Positions 36,354 to 45,903 of a stretch of DNA of 64,000 nt are shown one piece after another. Origin of the DNA: an uncultured Actinomycetes bacterium (GTDB taxonomy: Bacteria > Actinomycetota > Thermoleophilia > UBA2241). Positions within the stretch are counted from its first letter, which is position 1, and each line of letters begins with the position of its first letter. A program made the translations under genes and the position numbers. The DNA is taken from assembly GCA_963767005.1 (NCBI GenBank), contig CAVYCN010000008.1, positions 113,021 to 177,020 on the forward strand, read 5' to 3'. The notes under the pieces are model-generated. The model saw only the letters and a program-made list of their open reading frames with translations, made no database searches and had not been told where the DNA came from.

Positions 36354-37774
36354 GCATGGTGCGCTACGCGCTGCCGACCCTGCTGCTGCTCTACTTCTTG
36401 TGGCGGTCGCTGCGCCAGCGCGTCTTCCTGCTCGGCATCCCCTTCCTCATGTTCATGAGCTACTCGGTGTTCTTCGACAAGATGAAGCCGTTCTGGGTGC
36501 CGCAGCGTATCGACCCCGTCGACCACCTCATGGTCTGGCTCGTCATCACCTGGTTGCTCTACTTCGACTTCCTGCTGCCGCGGTACGCCCGCCGGGTGCG
36601 CGAGCGGCGGCCCTTCGGGCCGCCGCTCGCCTCCGCCGAAGAAGCCGTCCTGGCTGCGCTCGCGGCCTTCGTCGTCCTCGAGATCGTGCTCACGGCGCTG
36701 CACTACTCGGGCTTCGGCTCCGCGGTGACCGAGGCCAAGTCGTTCATCTACCTGCTCATCGGCTACGCCCTGCTGCGCGGCATCTTCTGTCACGCCACGC
36801 GTGAGGACACGCTCGACTTCCTCGCGGCGATCGTCGTGGTCGACGCGATCGCCGGCGTCCTCTACGTGCTGCACCAGGGTCTCCACATGTCGATCTACAT
36901 CGCCACCGAGAACCAGTCGATCGTCTTCATGGGGCAGCACCTCACGCGCAGCTTCTACTTCATGCCGCAGTTCCTGCTGCTCGCCATCCCGTACTGCGTC
37001 GCCCGGCGCCGGCTCGGGGTCTTCTGGCTCGGCGTGCTGATCGTCACGCTCGCGGCCGTGTGGGTCTCGTACACACGCTCGCTGCTCGTGATCGCGTTCG
37101 TCGAGATCGTCGTGGTGCTGGGGCTGCGCCTCGTCAAGAAGCGTGAGGCCTGGCCGGCGGTCAAGCGCGCCGGCCAGATCGTGGGCGTCGTCGTCGTCTT
37201 CGGTGCCCTCGCCTTCGCCCTGCTGCCCACACAGTCCGACTACCTGCTGACCAGGCTGCACCAGGCCGTGTCGGGCGGCGGTCCCACCCGTACCACCAAT
37301 GTGGTCAGCCGCATCGACTCCGAGCGCACGACGTACCGCTTCATCAGCAGCGAGGACGTCTGGCTCGGCGCCGGCTTCACGTCGACATCACAGGACCCGC
37401 GCCTGAGCCAGGTCGACGAGATGGCCTCCGACCTGGTCTGGGTGCCGACGACCTACCGGCTCGGTATGCTCGGGGTGATCGCAGTGGCCTGCCTGTTCGT
37501 CGCGGCGGCCTGGCGCGCCGGCCGTCTCTCGCTGTCGGTCGGTGGCGAGGCGGAGATGCTCTCGATCGTGCTGTGCGCCGTGATCGTCGGCGTGTTCCTG
37601 CAGGGCTTCGTGTCGTGGACGCTGCTCGACCCCGAGCGCACGCCGGTCGCCCTGTGGTTCCTCGCGCTGCTCGCCGGCGAGACCTGGCGGCGCCGCCACG
37701 AGGTGGCCGCCGCGCCGGCGGCGACGCAGACCGGCGACGACTTCGCCGCGCTCGAGAGGGCGGTCAATGACTGA
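36350..37774 (+). CDS. Polytopic membrane protein, Wzy polymerase / O-antigen-ligase-like
   Basis: About 11-12 hydrophobic segments, SYTRS motif, and a large loop followed by WLGAGF. Confidence 0.65.
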   Translation: MSMVRYALPTLLLLYFLWRSLRQRVFLLGIPFLMFMSYSVFFDKMKPFWVPQRIDPVDHLMVWLVITWLLYFDFLLPRYARRVRERRPFGPPLASAEEAVLAALAAFVVLEIVLTALHYSGFGSAVTEAKSFIYLLIGYALLRGIFCHATREDTLDFLAAIVVVDAIAGVLYVLHQGLHMSIYIATENQSIVFMGQHLTRSFYFMPQFLLLAIPYCVARRRLGVFWLGVLIVTLAAVWVSYTRSLLVIAFVEIVVVLGLRLVKKREAWPAVKRAGQIVGVVVVFGALAFALLPTQSDYLLTRLHQAVSGGGPTRTTNVVSRIDSERTTYRFISSEDVWLGAGFTSTSQDPRLSQVDEMASDLVWVPTTYRLGMLGVIAVACLFVAAAWRAGRLSLSVGGEAEMLSIVLCAVIVGVFLQGFVSWTLLDPERTPVALWFLALLAGETWRRRHEVAAAPAATQTGDDFAALERAVND

Positions 37775-39278
37775 GGCCGGACACAGCGCGGCCGGCGCGC
37801 CTCGCGAGGCGGCCGGGTCGACGGCGCCGGGCGCCGTCGGCGCCGATCCGGCGCCGCCCGGCGCCGTCGGCGAGACCGTCGTCTACGAGTCGGACTGGCT
37901 CGGCTCGGTCCCCTGCTTCTACGACCTGCGCAGCGGACGCGCCGGGCACGACATCAACGCGGTGATCGACCCGGCCGAGGTCGAGTTCGACCCCGAGGGC
38001 TTGAACGACTACCTCGACTTCGGCTACAGCGTCTTCGAGCGCACGCCCGTGCGCGACGTCCGGGTGCTGCGCCACTCGTCGCGGCTGATCAGGGGGCCGG
38101 ACGGCCTGCGTGTCGAGCAGCTCGACGACCCCACCCTCGGCTGGTTCGACCGCGAGAGCACGGTCGACGAGGTGCTCGAGGCGGCCGGCGCCGTGGTCAA
38201 CGCGGCGGCCGCGGCGAGTCGTGGCGACGTGGTCGTGCCGACGAGCGGCGGCTACGATTCGCGCTTCATCGAGCTGCTGATCGCCGACCGCTCGCGTGTG
38301 CGTGCGTTCACGTACGGCACGTCCGACCGGCCCGAGCTGTCGCCCGACGTCGTCAAGGGGGCCGAGCTCGCCCGGCGCCTGGGGTTCGGCTGGCGGCAGA
38401 TCGCGATCGGCGACTTCCACCGCCTGTTCGACGACTGGGACGCCCTGTTCGGCCCGGCCGTGCACGCCCACGGCATGTACCAGCTCGAGTTCTACCGCGC
38501 GCTGGCGCCGCTCGTCGCGCCCGGTAGCCTGGTCGTCTCGGGCGCCTTCGGCGATTCGATGGCCGGGGTCGACGACGACATGGTCATGAAGGTGCCGGTC
38601 CTCGACGACCCCGACGACCTGCTCACCGTGTTCCGGTACGGGGCGATGTGCGGCGACTCGGCGCAGAGCGTGTTCCCACGGCGCCGCGACGGCTGGCGCC
38701 GGCTGCTCGACGAGGACCCGCGCCTGCGCACCGAGATGCTGCCGCGGGTCGTCGCGATGCTGCGCCAGCAGGCGACGTTCTTCTCGTACATGTACCGGCT
38801 GCCGGCGGCCGTCGGCCTCGAGAGCCGGGCGCCGTTCGTCGACGCCGGCCTCGCCAGGCTCATGCTCACGCTGCCGACCGACCAGCGCCACAAGCGGGCC
38901 TGGCAGCGCGAGCTGTTCGCGGCGCGCGGCGTCGACCTCGAGCAGGCCGGCCTGTCGTTCGACTGGCGCAACACCCTGAACTTCCGCGCGCTGCGGCGGG
39001 TGCCGCTGGAGCCGCTCGACCCCGTGCTGCTGCGCGAGGTCGTCAAGCCCGACTATGTGCGCTGGGCCAACCGTCACGCGGGCCGGTACGGCCTGCCCTG
39101 GGAGGTCTTCGTGCGGCTCGGCTGGCAGCGCGGCTTTCGCCGCCTCGTCAAGACGCTGCAGGCGGCCGGCATCGACGACCGACGGCTGCCGGCCTACTTC
39201 GCCTACCTCACGCTGCGGCCGCTGCAGACACTCATCGAGCGGCGCGACCGGGCCCGGCGCGGCGAGGCGGCCTCATGA
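37767..39278 (+). CDS. Asparagine-synthase-like ATP pyrophosphatase lacking an intact glutaminase domain
   Basis: PP-loop PTSGGYDSR, AFTYG and ESRAPFVD; vestigial SDWLGSVPCFY strand; no N-terminal Cys. Confidence 0.75.
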   Translation: MTEAGHSAAGAPREAAGSTAPGAVGADPAPPGAVGETVVYESDWLGSVPCFYDLRSGRAGHDINAVIDPAEVEFDPEGLNDYLDFGYSVFERTPVRDVRVLRHSSRLIRGPDGLRVEQLDDPTLGWFDRESTVDEVLEAAGAVVNAAAAASRGDVVVPTSGGYDSRFIELLIADRSRVRAFTYGTSDRPELSPDVVKGAELARRLGFGWRQIAIGDFHRLFDDWDALFGPAVHAHGMYQLEFYRALAPLVAPGSLVVSGAFGDSMAGVDDDMVMKVPVLDDPDDLLTVFRYGAMCGDSAQSVFPRRRDGWRRLLDEDPRLRTEMLPRVVAMLRQQATFFSYMYRLPAAVGLESRAPFVDAGLARLMLTLPTDQRHKRAWQRELFAARGVDLEQAGLSFDWRNTLNFRALRRVPLEPLDPVLLREVVKPDYVRWANRHAGRYGLPWEVFVRLGWQRGFRRLVKTLQAAGIDDRRLPAYFAYLTLRPLQTLIERRDRARRGEAAS

Positions 39279-40327
39279 GCGCTGGACCCCGTCTGACCTT
39301 CGGCATGATCGTCCTGAACGGCCTGCCGTTTCTGCCCTACAACCTGCGGTCGCTGTACCCGTTCGCCCACCAGATCGTGGTCGTCGAGGGCGCCGCGCCG
39401 GGGGCGGCCGGCATCGCCGCGCCCGACGGCCATTCGCGCGACGGCACGCTCGACGCGCTGCGACGCTTCGCGGCCGACGAGGACCCCGGCGGCAAGCTCA
39501 CGATCGTGACGGCCGAGGACGAGGGTCACGCCGACGGCTTCTGGCCGGGCGAGAAGGACGAGCAGAGCCGCGCCTACGCGACGCGCGCCACCGGCGACTA
39601 CCTGTGGCAGGTCGACGTCGACGAGTTCTACCTCCCCGACGACATCGCGGCCGTGGCCGAGCTGCTCCGCACGGAGCCGCCGGTCAGCGCGATGACGTTC
39701 CCCACCGTGACGATCTGGGGAGCGCCGTGGTGCGCCGTCGACGGCTGGTTCCTGCGGCGCGGCGCGGCCGACTACCACCGCCTGTTCCGCTGGGGCCCGG
39801 GCTACACCTACGCGACGCATCGCCCGCCCACCGTGCTCGACGACCGCGGCCGCGACACGCGCGAGGGTCGCTGGCTGCGCGCCGCCGACCTGCGGGAACG
39901 CAACATCGCCATGCGCCACTACTCGCTGCTGCTGCCGCGCCAGGTGCGCGAGAAGGTCGAGTACTACGCGCACTGGGGTGTGGCGGCCCGCCGCCTGCGC
40001 GGCCGGGAGTGGCTGGCCGACTCGTACCTCACACTGCGGCGCCCGTACCGCGTCCACAACGTCTATCAGTACCCGAGCTGGCTGCTGCGCTACGACGGCC
40101 AGCATCCGCCCGAGGTCGAGCGCATGCTCGCCGATCTCGCCGCGGCCGACGCCCACGAGCTGCGCCCCATGGCCGACGCCGAACGGCTGCTCGCCTCGCA
40201 GAGCTACGCGACCGGCCGCGAGCTGCTCCGCCTGGCCGAGCCGGTCGACCGCTGGGCGCGCCGGCTGCGCTGGTCGGTCGGGCCGCGGGCACGCCGGCTG
40301 CTGGGGCGGACGGAGGCCGCGCGATGA
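39275..40327 (+). CDS. GT2-like glycosyltransferase
   Basis: FGMIVLNG, IVVVEG, SRDGT and YLWQVDVDEFY (DxD). Confidence 0.8.
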   Translation: MSAGPRLTFGMIVLNGLPFLPYNLRSLYPFAHQIVVVEGAAPGAAGIAAPDGHSRDGTLDALRRFAADEDPGGKLTIVTAEDEGHADGFWPGEKDEQSRAYATRATGDYLWQVDVDEFYLPDDIAAVAELLRTEPPVSAMTFPTVTIWGAPWCAVDGWFLRRGAADYHRLFRWGPGYTYATHRPPTVLDDRGRDTREGRWLRAADLRERNIAMRHYSLLLPRQVREKVEYYAHWGVAARRLRGREWLADSYLTLRRPYRVHNVYQYPSWLLRYDGQHPPEVERMLADLAAADAHELRPMADAERLLASQSYATGRELLRLAEPVDRWARRLRWSVGPRARRLLGRTEAAR

Positions 40328-41673
40328 GCGCGCCGCCCGCCATCAAGGCGCTCTGGTTCACCGACTGGCCGACGCGCGCCGTGCGCGAACACTTCGGCGA
40401 GCCCGGCGACGAGGGCGCCCAGGCCTGGGTCGATGCCCTGCGCGACGCGCTCGAACCGCTGCCCGGTCTGCGTCTGACCATCGCCGTGTCCGACGCGCGC
40501 GGCTTTGCGCCCTTCGTGGAGCGCGGCACGCGTTACGTGGCCGTGCCCCAACCCGCACCCGGGTCGGGCGCATCCGGCGTGGCTCGGCGCTGGCTGCGCG
40601 CCGGCGGGCCCGACACCGTGCTCGCCGCCGCCCGCGCCGTGGTGCGCGACGAGCACCCCGACATCGTGCACGTGCACGGCACCGAGAACCCGTACGGCCT
40701 GCTCGCCGCCGAGGTGGCGCCGCTGCCGGTCGTCGTCTCGCTGCAGGGCCTGCTGCTCGCCTATCACCGCGTCTTCTTCGCCGGCCGGCCGGCCGGCGAC
40801 ATCGCCCGCCTGGCCGCCACCGCCGAGTTCCTCAAGGGGCGCGGCCCCCTTCACGGCTACCGCTTCATGGGAGCCGCAGCGCGCCGCGAGGAGCGCATCA
40901 TGCGCGCGGGCCGCTGGTTCATCGGCCGCACCGACTGGGACCGCAGCATCCTCGCGGCCGTGAACCCCGCCGCCGCGTACCTGCACTGCGACGAGATCAT
41001 GCGTCCGCCCTTCTACCGCACGTCGTGGGCCGACGCGCCGCATCGCGGCACCACGGTGTACTCGACCTCGAGCGTCATGATCTGGAAGGGCGCCGAGACT
41101 CTCATGGAGGCGGCCGGCATCGTCGTGCGCCGCGGGGTGAACGACCTGCGCGTGCGCATCGCCGGCGTGCGCCCGGGCTCCGAGCTCGACGCCTACTACC
41201 GGCGCGTCGCGCGGCGCTTCGGCGTCGAGGCCCACGTCGAGTGGCTGGGGCGGCTGGACGCCGTCGCGATGGCCGCCGAGCTGCAGGGAGCCGATGTCTT
41301 CGCCTACCCGTCGCACGCCGACAACAGCCCCAACAGCGTGGTCGAGGCGATGCTGGTCGGCGTGCCGCTCGCGGCCGCCGGCGTGGGCGGCGTCCCGAGC
41401 CTCGTCGCCGACGGCGTCGAGGGCCTGCTCTACCCGCGTGGCGACGCCTGGCTGCTGGCCGACGCCATCATGCGGCTGCTCCGCGACCCCGCCCGGGCGG
41501 CGCTTCTGGGGGCGGCGGCGCGCGAGCACGCGCTGCGGCGCAACGACCCCGCGGCCATCGCGCGGCGCACGCTCGAGATCTACGAGCAGGTGCTCGGCGA
41601 GGCGCGCGGCGGCGCGGGCGCGGGCGCCCCTGGGCCGGCCGCGCCCGCCTACCAAACGAGTGAGGGGCCGTGA
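40324..41673 (+). CDS. GT4 glycosyltransferase
   Basis: PDIVHVHGTE, WKG and PSHADNSPNSVVEAMLVGVP..GVGG motifs. Confidence 0.88.
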   Translation: MSAPPAIKALWFTDWPTRAVREHFGEPGDEGAQAWVDALRDALEPLPGLRLTIAVSDARGFAPFVERGTRYVAVPQPAPGSGASGVARRWLRAGGPDTVLAAARAVVRDEHPDIVHVHGTENPYGLLAAEVAPLPVVVSLQGLLLAYHRVFFAGRPAGDIARLAATAEFLKGRGPLHGYRFMGAAARREERIMRAGRWFIGRTDWDRSILAAVNPAAAYLHCDEIMRPPFYRTSWADAPHRGTTVYSTSSVMIWKGAETLMEAAGIVVRRGVNDLRVRIAGVRPGSELDAYYRRVARRFGVEAHVEWLGRLDAVAMAAELQGADVFAYPSHADNSPNSVVEAMLVGVPLAAAGVGGVPSLVADGVEGLLYPRGDAWLLADAIMRLLRDPARAALLGAAAREHALRRNDPAAIARRTLEIYEQVLGEARGGAGAGAPGPAAPAYQTSEGP

Positions 41674-41928
41674 CACCGGGTAGAAGAGCGTCTTGCGGCG
41701 CGCCGGTGGCCCAGGGGCGGTGGCGAGCCGCTCGTGCAGGTGCCGGTCTCGGCGGCCGCCGGCCGGCGGCCGTGGCCAGGCAGGACTCCGCGCCGCCGGA
41801 GCAGAAGTGGAAGGCTGGTGCGGGCCCCTCAACAGGCGCAGGCGGCGTGCCGATAACACGACAGGCCGGACGGCTTGCGGCGGTGGGTCGCCGCCGACCG
41901 GCCGACAGACGACCACCCGGGTGATGCG

Positions 41929-43629
41929 ATGACGTTGCAGCAGGACGAGGGCCTGTCCCTCCACAGCTACTTCAGGGTGATCAGCCGCTGGAAGTGGCTG
42001 ATCATCGGCGCGACCGTGGTGGTCGGGTTCCTCGGGGCGGCCTACGCCTGGACCCGCACGCCGCTGTACCAGGCCGGGGCCCAGATGCTCTACCAGCAGC
42101 AGCCCACCGACACCCTCGGCTCGACCGGCATCGACCCCAACCAGCAGCAGGCCGACATCGGCAGCGTGCCGGCGGTCGTCGCGAGCGGCCAGGTGGGCAG
42201 CGTGGCGGGTCAGAAGCTGTCGGCCCGTGACCGGGCGGCCGGCTACTCGACCGGTGTCGGCCTGCAGACCGACCCCAACACGAGCGGCTATACCAGCGTC
42301 GTCACGATCTCGGGAGTGTCACAGGACCCGCAGACCGCGGCCGACGTCGCCAACGCGTACGCGAACGCCTTCGTGTCGTGGCGGCAGAACAACGCCCGGG
42401 CGCGGCTGAATCAGATGATCCTCGCCCTCGAAGGTCAGCAGAAGGGCCTGGCGACGACGAGCGCGTCGTATCAGCAGCTCGCCAGCCAGCTCCTGACCTA
42501 CCAGCTTCTCGAGAAGAGCGTCACCGGCGACTTCAGCGTGATCTCGCCGGCCTACCCGCCCTCGGCGCCGTTCTCGCCGCGCAAGACACGCACGCTGGTG
42601 ATCGCCGCCATCCTCGGCCTCGTGCTGGGTGTCGCCGCCGCGTTTCTGCTCGAGCAGCTCGACACGCGGGTGCGCGACGAAGACCAGGCGACCGACATCC
42701 TCGGCCTGTCCGTCCTCGGTCACCTGCCGCCGCTCGCGCGCAAGGCCGGTCAGACCGGCGTGGTGCAGATGCTGGTCAACCCGTTCGGCCTCATGGCCGA
42801 GGCCGTCCGCGTGCTGCGCGGCAACCTCGACTTCATGGGGGTCGACGGCGAGGTGCGCACCCTGCTCGTGTCGAGCTCGGTCCAGGGTGAGGGCAAGAGC
42901 ATGACGGCCTGCAACCTGGCGGTCTCGATGGCGCTCGCCGGCAAGCGCGTGGTGCTGGTCGACGCCGACCTGCGCCGGCCCCGCATCCACACCTACCTGG
43001 GCGTGCAGAACAGCGTCGGCCTGTCGTCGGTGGTGGCGCGCCGCGCCGAGCTTTCCGACGCGCTCGTGTCGATCACGCTCGACAAGGCCGTGGGCACCGG
43101 CGACGGTCTCGCGGCGCCCGACGTGCGGGTGCGCGAGGGCGCGCTGCGCGTCTTCTCGGTGGGCGGCCGCGACGGCGGCGACGAGCGCACGGCCGACGCC
43201 GTGAGCGGTCGCGACGCAGGCACGGCCGGCTGGTCGACCGGCGCCGACGACAACCCCGTCCTGCGCGTGCTGCCGAGCGGCCCGCTGCCGCCGAACCCCG
43301 GCGAGATGGTCGCCTCGCGGCGCTTCAGCGAGCTCATCGACGAGCTCGCCGACGACGCCGACCTCGTCCTCGTCGACACGCCGGCGCTGCTGTCGGTCGG
43401 CGACACGGCGGCCATGGCCGCCCACGTCGACGGCCTCGTGTTCGTGGTCAACACCGCGCAGGTGCGCCGGCCCATGCTCGAGCGGTCGCACGCCCAGCTC
43501 GCCAAGCTGCCCTGCCGCAAGCTCGGTCTCGTCCTCATCTCGAGCAAACGTGCGCACGGGCCGTACTACGGGTATCACTATCACCGCGCCTCCGTTCCCA
43601 AGGCGGGGCGCACCACTACGTCGGTCTGA
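41929..43629 (+). CDS. Wzc-like polysaccharide co-polymerase / BY-kinase fusion
   Basis: Two TM segments flanking a coiled-coil loop; Walker A GEGKS, VDADLRRP, VDTP and C-terminal Tyr cluster YYGYHY. Confidence 0.88.
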   Translation: MTLQQDEGLSLHSYFRVISRWKWLIIGATVVVGFLGAAYAWTRTPLYQAGAQMLYQQQPTDTLGSTGIDPNQQQADIGSVPAVVASGQVGSVAGQKLSARDRAAGYSTGVGLQTDPNTSGYTSVVTISGVSQDPQTAADVANAYANAFVSWRQNNARARLNQMILALEGQQKGLATTSASYQQLASQLLTYQLLEKSVTGDFSVISPAYPPSAPFSPRKTRTLVIAAILGLVLGVAAAFLLEQLDTRVRDEDQATDILGLSVLGHLPPLARKAGQTGVVQMLVNPFGLMAEAVRVLRGNLDFMGVDGEVRTLLVSSSVQGEGKSMTACNLAVSMALAGKRVVLVDADLRRPRIHTYLGVQNSVGLSSVVARRAELSDALVSITLDKAVGTGDGLAAPDVRVREGALRVFSVGGRDGGDERTADAVSGRDAGTAGWSTGADDNPVLRVLPSGPLPPNPGEMVASRRFSELIDELADDADLVLVDTPALLSVGDTAAMAAHVDGLVFVVNTAQVRRPMLERSHAQLAKLPCRKLGLVLISSKRAHGPYYGYHYHRASVPKAGRTTTSV

Positions 43630-43721
43630 AGCGGCGCGGCGAGCCGATGCAGCGACGGCGGGGTCGCGCGGCGCCGGACACGCCGCCTTGCGCCGCTGAG
43701 GAGCTTGGAGAGGGGGCCAGG

Positions 43722-44729
43722 ATGAGCGCGACAAAGCCCAAGCCCGACCTGCCGTCGATCAGCCTGGTCGTGCCGTGGTTCGGGCCGCTGCCGGTCTGGT
43801 TCGACATCTGGCTCGTGACCTGCGGGGCCAACCCCACGATCGACTGGCTGCTGTTCACCGACGAGCCGCTCGAGGGGCGTCCCGTGCCGGCCAACGTGCA
43901 CGTGCACGAGATCTCCCTGGCCGGACTGCGCCGGCGCTTCAACGAGATGCTCGGGATGGAGGTCAACCTCTCCCACCCCTATCTGCTCTGCAACCTCAAG
44001 CTCGCCTACGGCTTTCTGTTCGCGAAGGAGCTGGCCGGCTACGAGCTCTGGGGCTACTGCGACGCCGACGTCGTCTGGGGCGACCTGCGGCGCTTCTTCC
44101 CGGCCGAGCTGCTGCGCGCCTACCCCAAGCTCCAGCAGAACGCGCATCTGACCCTGTACCAGAACACGCCCGAGACGGTCGAGCTGTTCCGCCAGCCGCA
44201 TCCCGACCCGCACAAGGACTACAGGGTCGTGTTCCGCGAGGATCACGTCGTCAATTTCTGTGAGTGGTACGGAGCGCACGAGCTCGCCTATCTGGCCGGC
44301 CTCGACCAGTACCTGGTGGAGCGCTTCGTCGATGTCGACCAGAGTTCGGCCGGCCTGCGCGGCATCGGCTTGCGCAACTACGAGCACCAGCTCTTCTACT
44401 GGGAGGACGGACGCCTGTTTCGCGAGTACATCGACGATCCCGGCGTCGATCCCGAAGACGCCGCCTGGCCGCGGACGCAACGCGACGAGTTCGCCTATCT
44501 GCACCTGCAGAAGCGTCGCATGAGCGCGCCCGGCTTCGACCCGTCCGCCGTGCGCGGTTTCTACATCACCCCCCACGGCTTCGTGCAGAAGGTCAAGGCG
44601 GCCCACTGCCTCGACGACTTCCGCCTGTTCAACCCGCGCGGCCCGCAGCCGGCCGCCGATGGCGGCACGGTCGCCGTGCGGCGCCGTGTGCGTCGCCTCG
44701 CGCGCAGCCTCCGGCAGCGGCGACGGTAG
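43722..44729 (+). CDS. DUF6625-like protein, probable GT-A transferase
   Basis: VVPWFGPLP.WF..WL.TC..NPTIDWLLFTD, YLLCNLK.AYG, WGYCDADVVWGDL and YLHLQKR. Confidence 0.7.
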   Translation: MSATKPKPDLPSISLVVPWFGPLPVWFDIWLVTCGANPTIDWLLFTDEPLEGRPVPANVHVHEISLAGLRRRFNEMLGMEVNLSHPYLLCNLKLAYGFLFAKELAGYELWGYCDADVVWGDLRRFFPAELLRAYPKLQQNAHLTLYQNTPETVELFRQPHPDPHKDYRVVFREDHVVNFCEWYGAHELAYLAGLDQYLVERFVDVDQSSAGLRGIGLRNYEHQLFYWEDGRLFREYIDDPGVDPEDAAWPRTQRDEFAYLHLQKRRMSAPGFDPSAVRGFYITPHGFVQKVKAAHCLDDFRLFNPRGPQPAADGGTVAVRRRVRRLARSLRQRRR

Positions 44730-44733
44730 CGCG

Positions 44734-45891
44734 ATGACCGACGAGCTCACGGGCACGGTCCCGCGCCTGCGGGTCCTGATGCTGACCGCCTATCCGGCGA
44801 TCGGCGGCCCGCTGCCCAAGCTCGCGCCGCTCGTCGCCGACGGCCTGCGCGCCTGCGGCTGCGAGGTCGAGACGCTGGGCTGGAGCGCCCATCGCGCCGG
44901 CTACGAGTCGTTTGCCGCGAAGCTCCTCGGGCGCGGCGTCGACCTGGCCCGCGTCCACCGTCGCCTGCGGTCGTTTCGGCCCGACGTGGTCTACGTCGCC
45001 ACCGCCCACAACCGCACCGGCCTGCTGCGCGACCTGCCGCTGGTCCTGTCGGTCCGGCGCCGGCGCCCGCCGCTCGTGCTGCACCTGCACGGCAGCGAGG
45101 CCGACCGGCTCGGCGCGCCGGGGCAGGGGATCTACACGGCCCTGTCGCTGCTGATGGTGCGGCGCGCGGCCGCGGTCATGCTGCTGTCAGGCGAGGAGCT
45201 CGCGATCTGGCGGCGGCACTGCCCGGGGGTCGCCTTCGACGTGGTGCTGAACCCGTTCGTCGCGCCGCGGGCGGCCGCGGCGCCGGCGCGAGACGGCGGC
45301 GCCGGCCGGCGCCCCGCCCGCCTGCTCACCGTCGCCCGCCTCATCCCCGAGAAGGGCGTGTTCGACCTGGTCGACGCGCTCGCTCTGGTCGACCACGGCC
45401 GGCCCTGCCGGCTGGTCGTCGCCGGCAACGGACCGGCGCGCGACGCGCTCGTGAGCCGGGCCGCCGCGCTCGGGCTCGGCGACCGCGTCGAGGTGCGCGG
45501 CTACCTGGGCACGCCCGACCTGGAGCGCGCCTACCGCGAGGCCGATGCCTTCGTCCTGCCGACCTACTTCGCCGAGGGCTTCCCGCTCTCGGTCATGGAG
45601 GCGATGGGCCACGGGCTGCCGATCATCACCACGCCCATCCGGGGGTGCGCCGACTACCTGAGCGACGGCGAGCACGCCCTGTTCGTGCCGGCGCGCGACC
45701 CGGCGGCGCTCGCCCGCGCCGTCGAGCGCCTGCTCGGCGACGACGCCCTGCGGGCGCGCATGAGCGCCGCCAACCTGGCGCGCGTCGCCGACTTCGCGCC
45801 GGCCCGCGTCATGCCGCACTACGCCGACATCCTGCGCGCGGCCGCCGCGGCGGCCGCGCGCAGCCCGGTGCTAGAATCCACGACAGCGTAA
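44734..45891 (+). CDS. GT4 glycosyltransferase
   Basis: ARLIPEKG and EGFPLSVMEAMGHGLPII motifs. Confidence 0.9.
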   Translation: MTDELTGTVPRLRVLMLTAYPAIGGPLPKLAPLVADGLRACGCEVETLGWSAHRAGYESFAAKLLGRGVDLARVHRRLRSFRPDVVYVATAHNRTGLLRDLPLVLSVRRRRPPLVLHLHGSEADRLGAPGQGIYTALSLLMVRRAAAVMLLSGEELAIWRRHCPGVAFDVVLNPFVAPRAAAAPARDGGAGRRPARLLTVARLIPEKGVFDLVDALALVDHGRPCRLVVAGNGPARDALVSRAAALGLGDRVEVRGYLGTPDLERAYREADAFVLPTYFAEGFPLSVMEAMGHGLPIITTPIRGCADYLSDGEHALFVPARDPAALARAVERLLGDDALRARMSAANLARVADFAPARVMPHYADILRAAAAAAARSPVLESTTA

Positions 45892-45903
45892 GGGGGGATC
45901 ACG

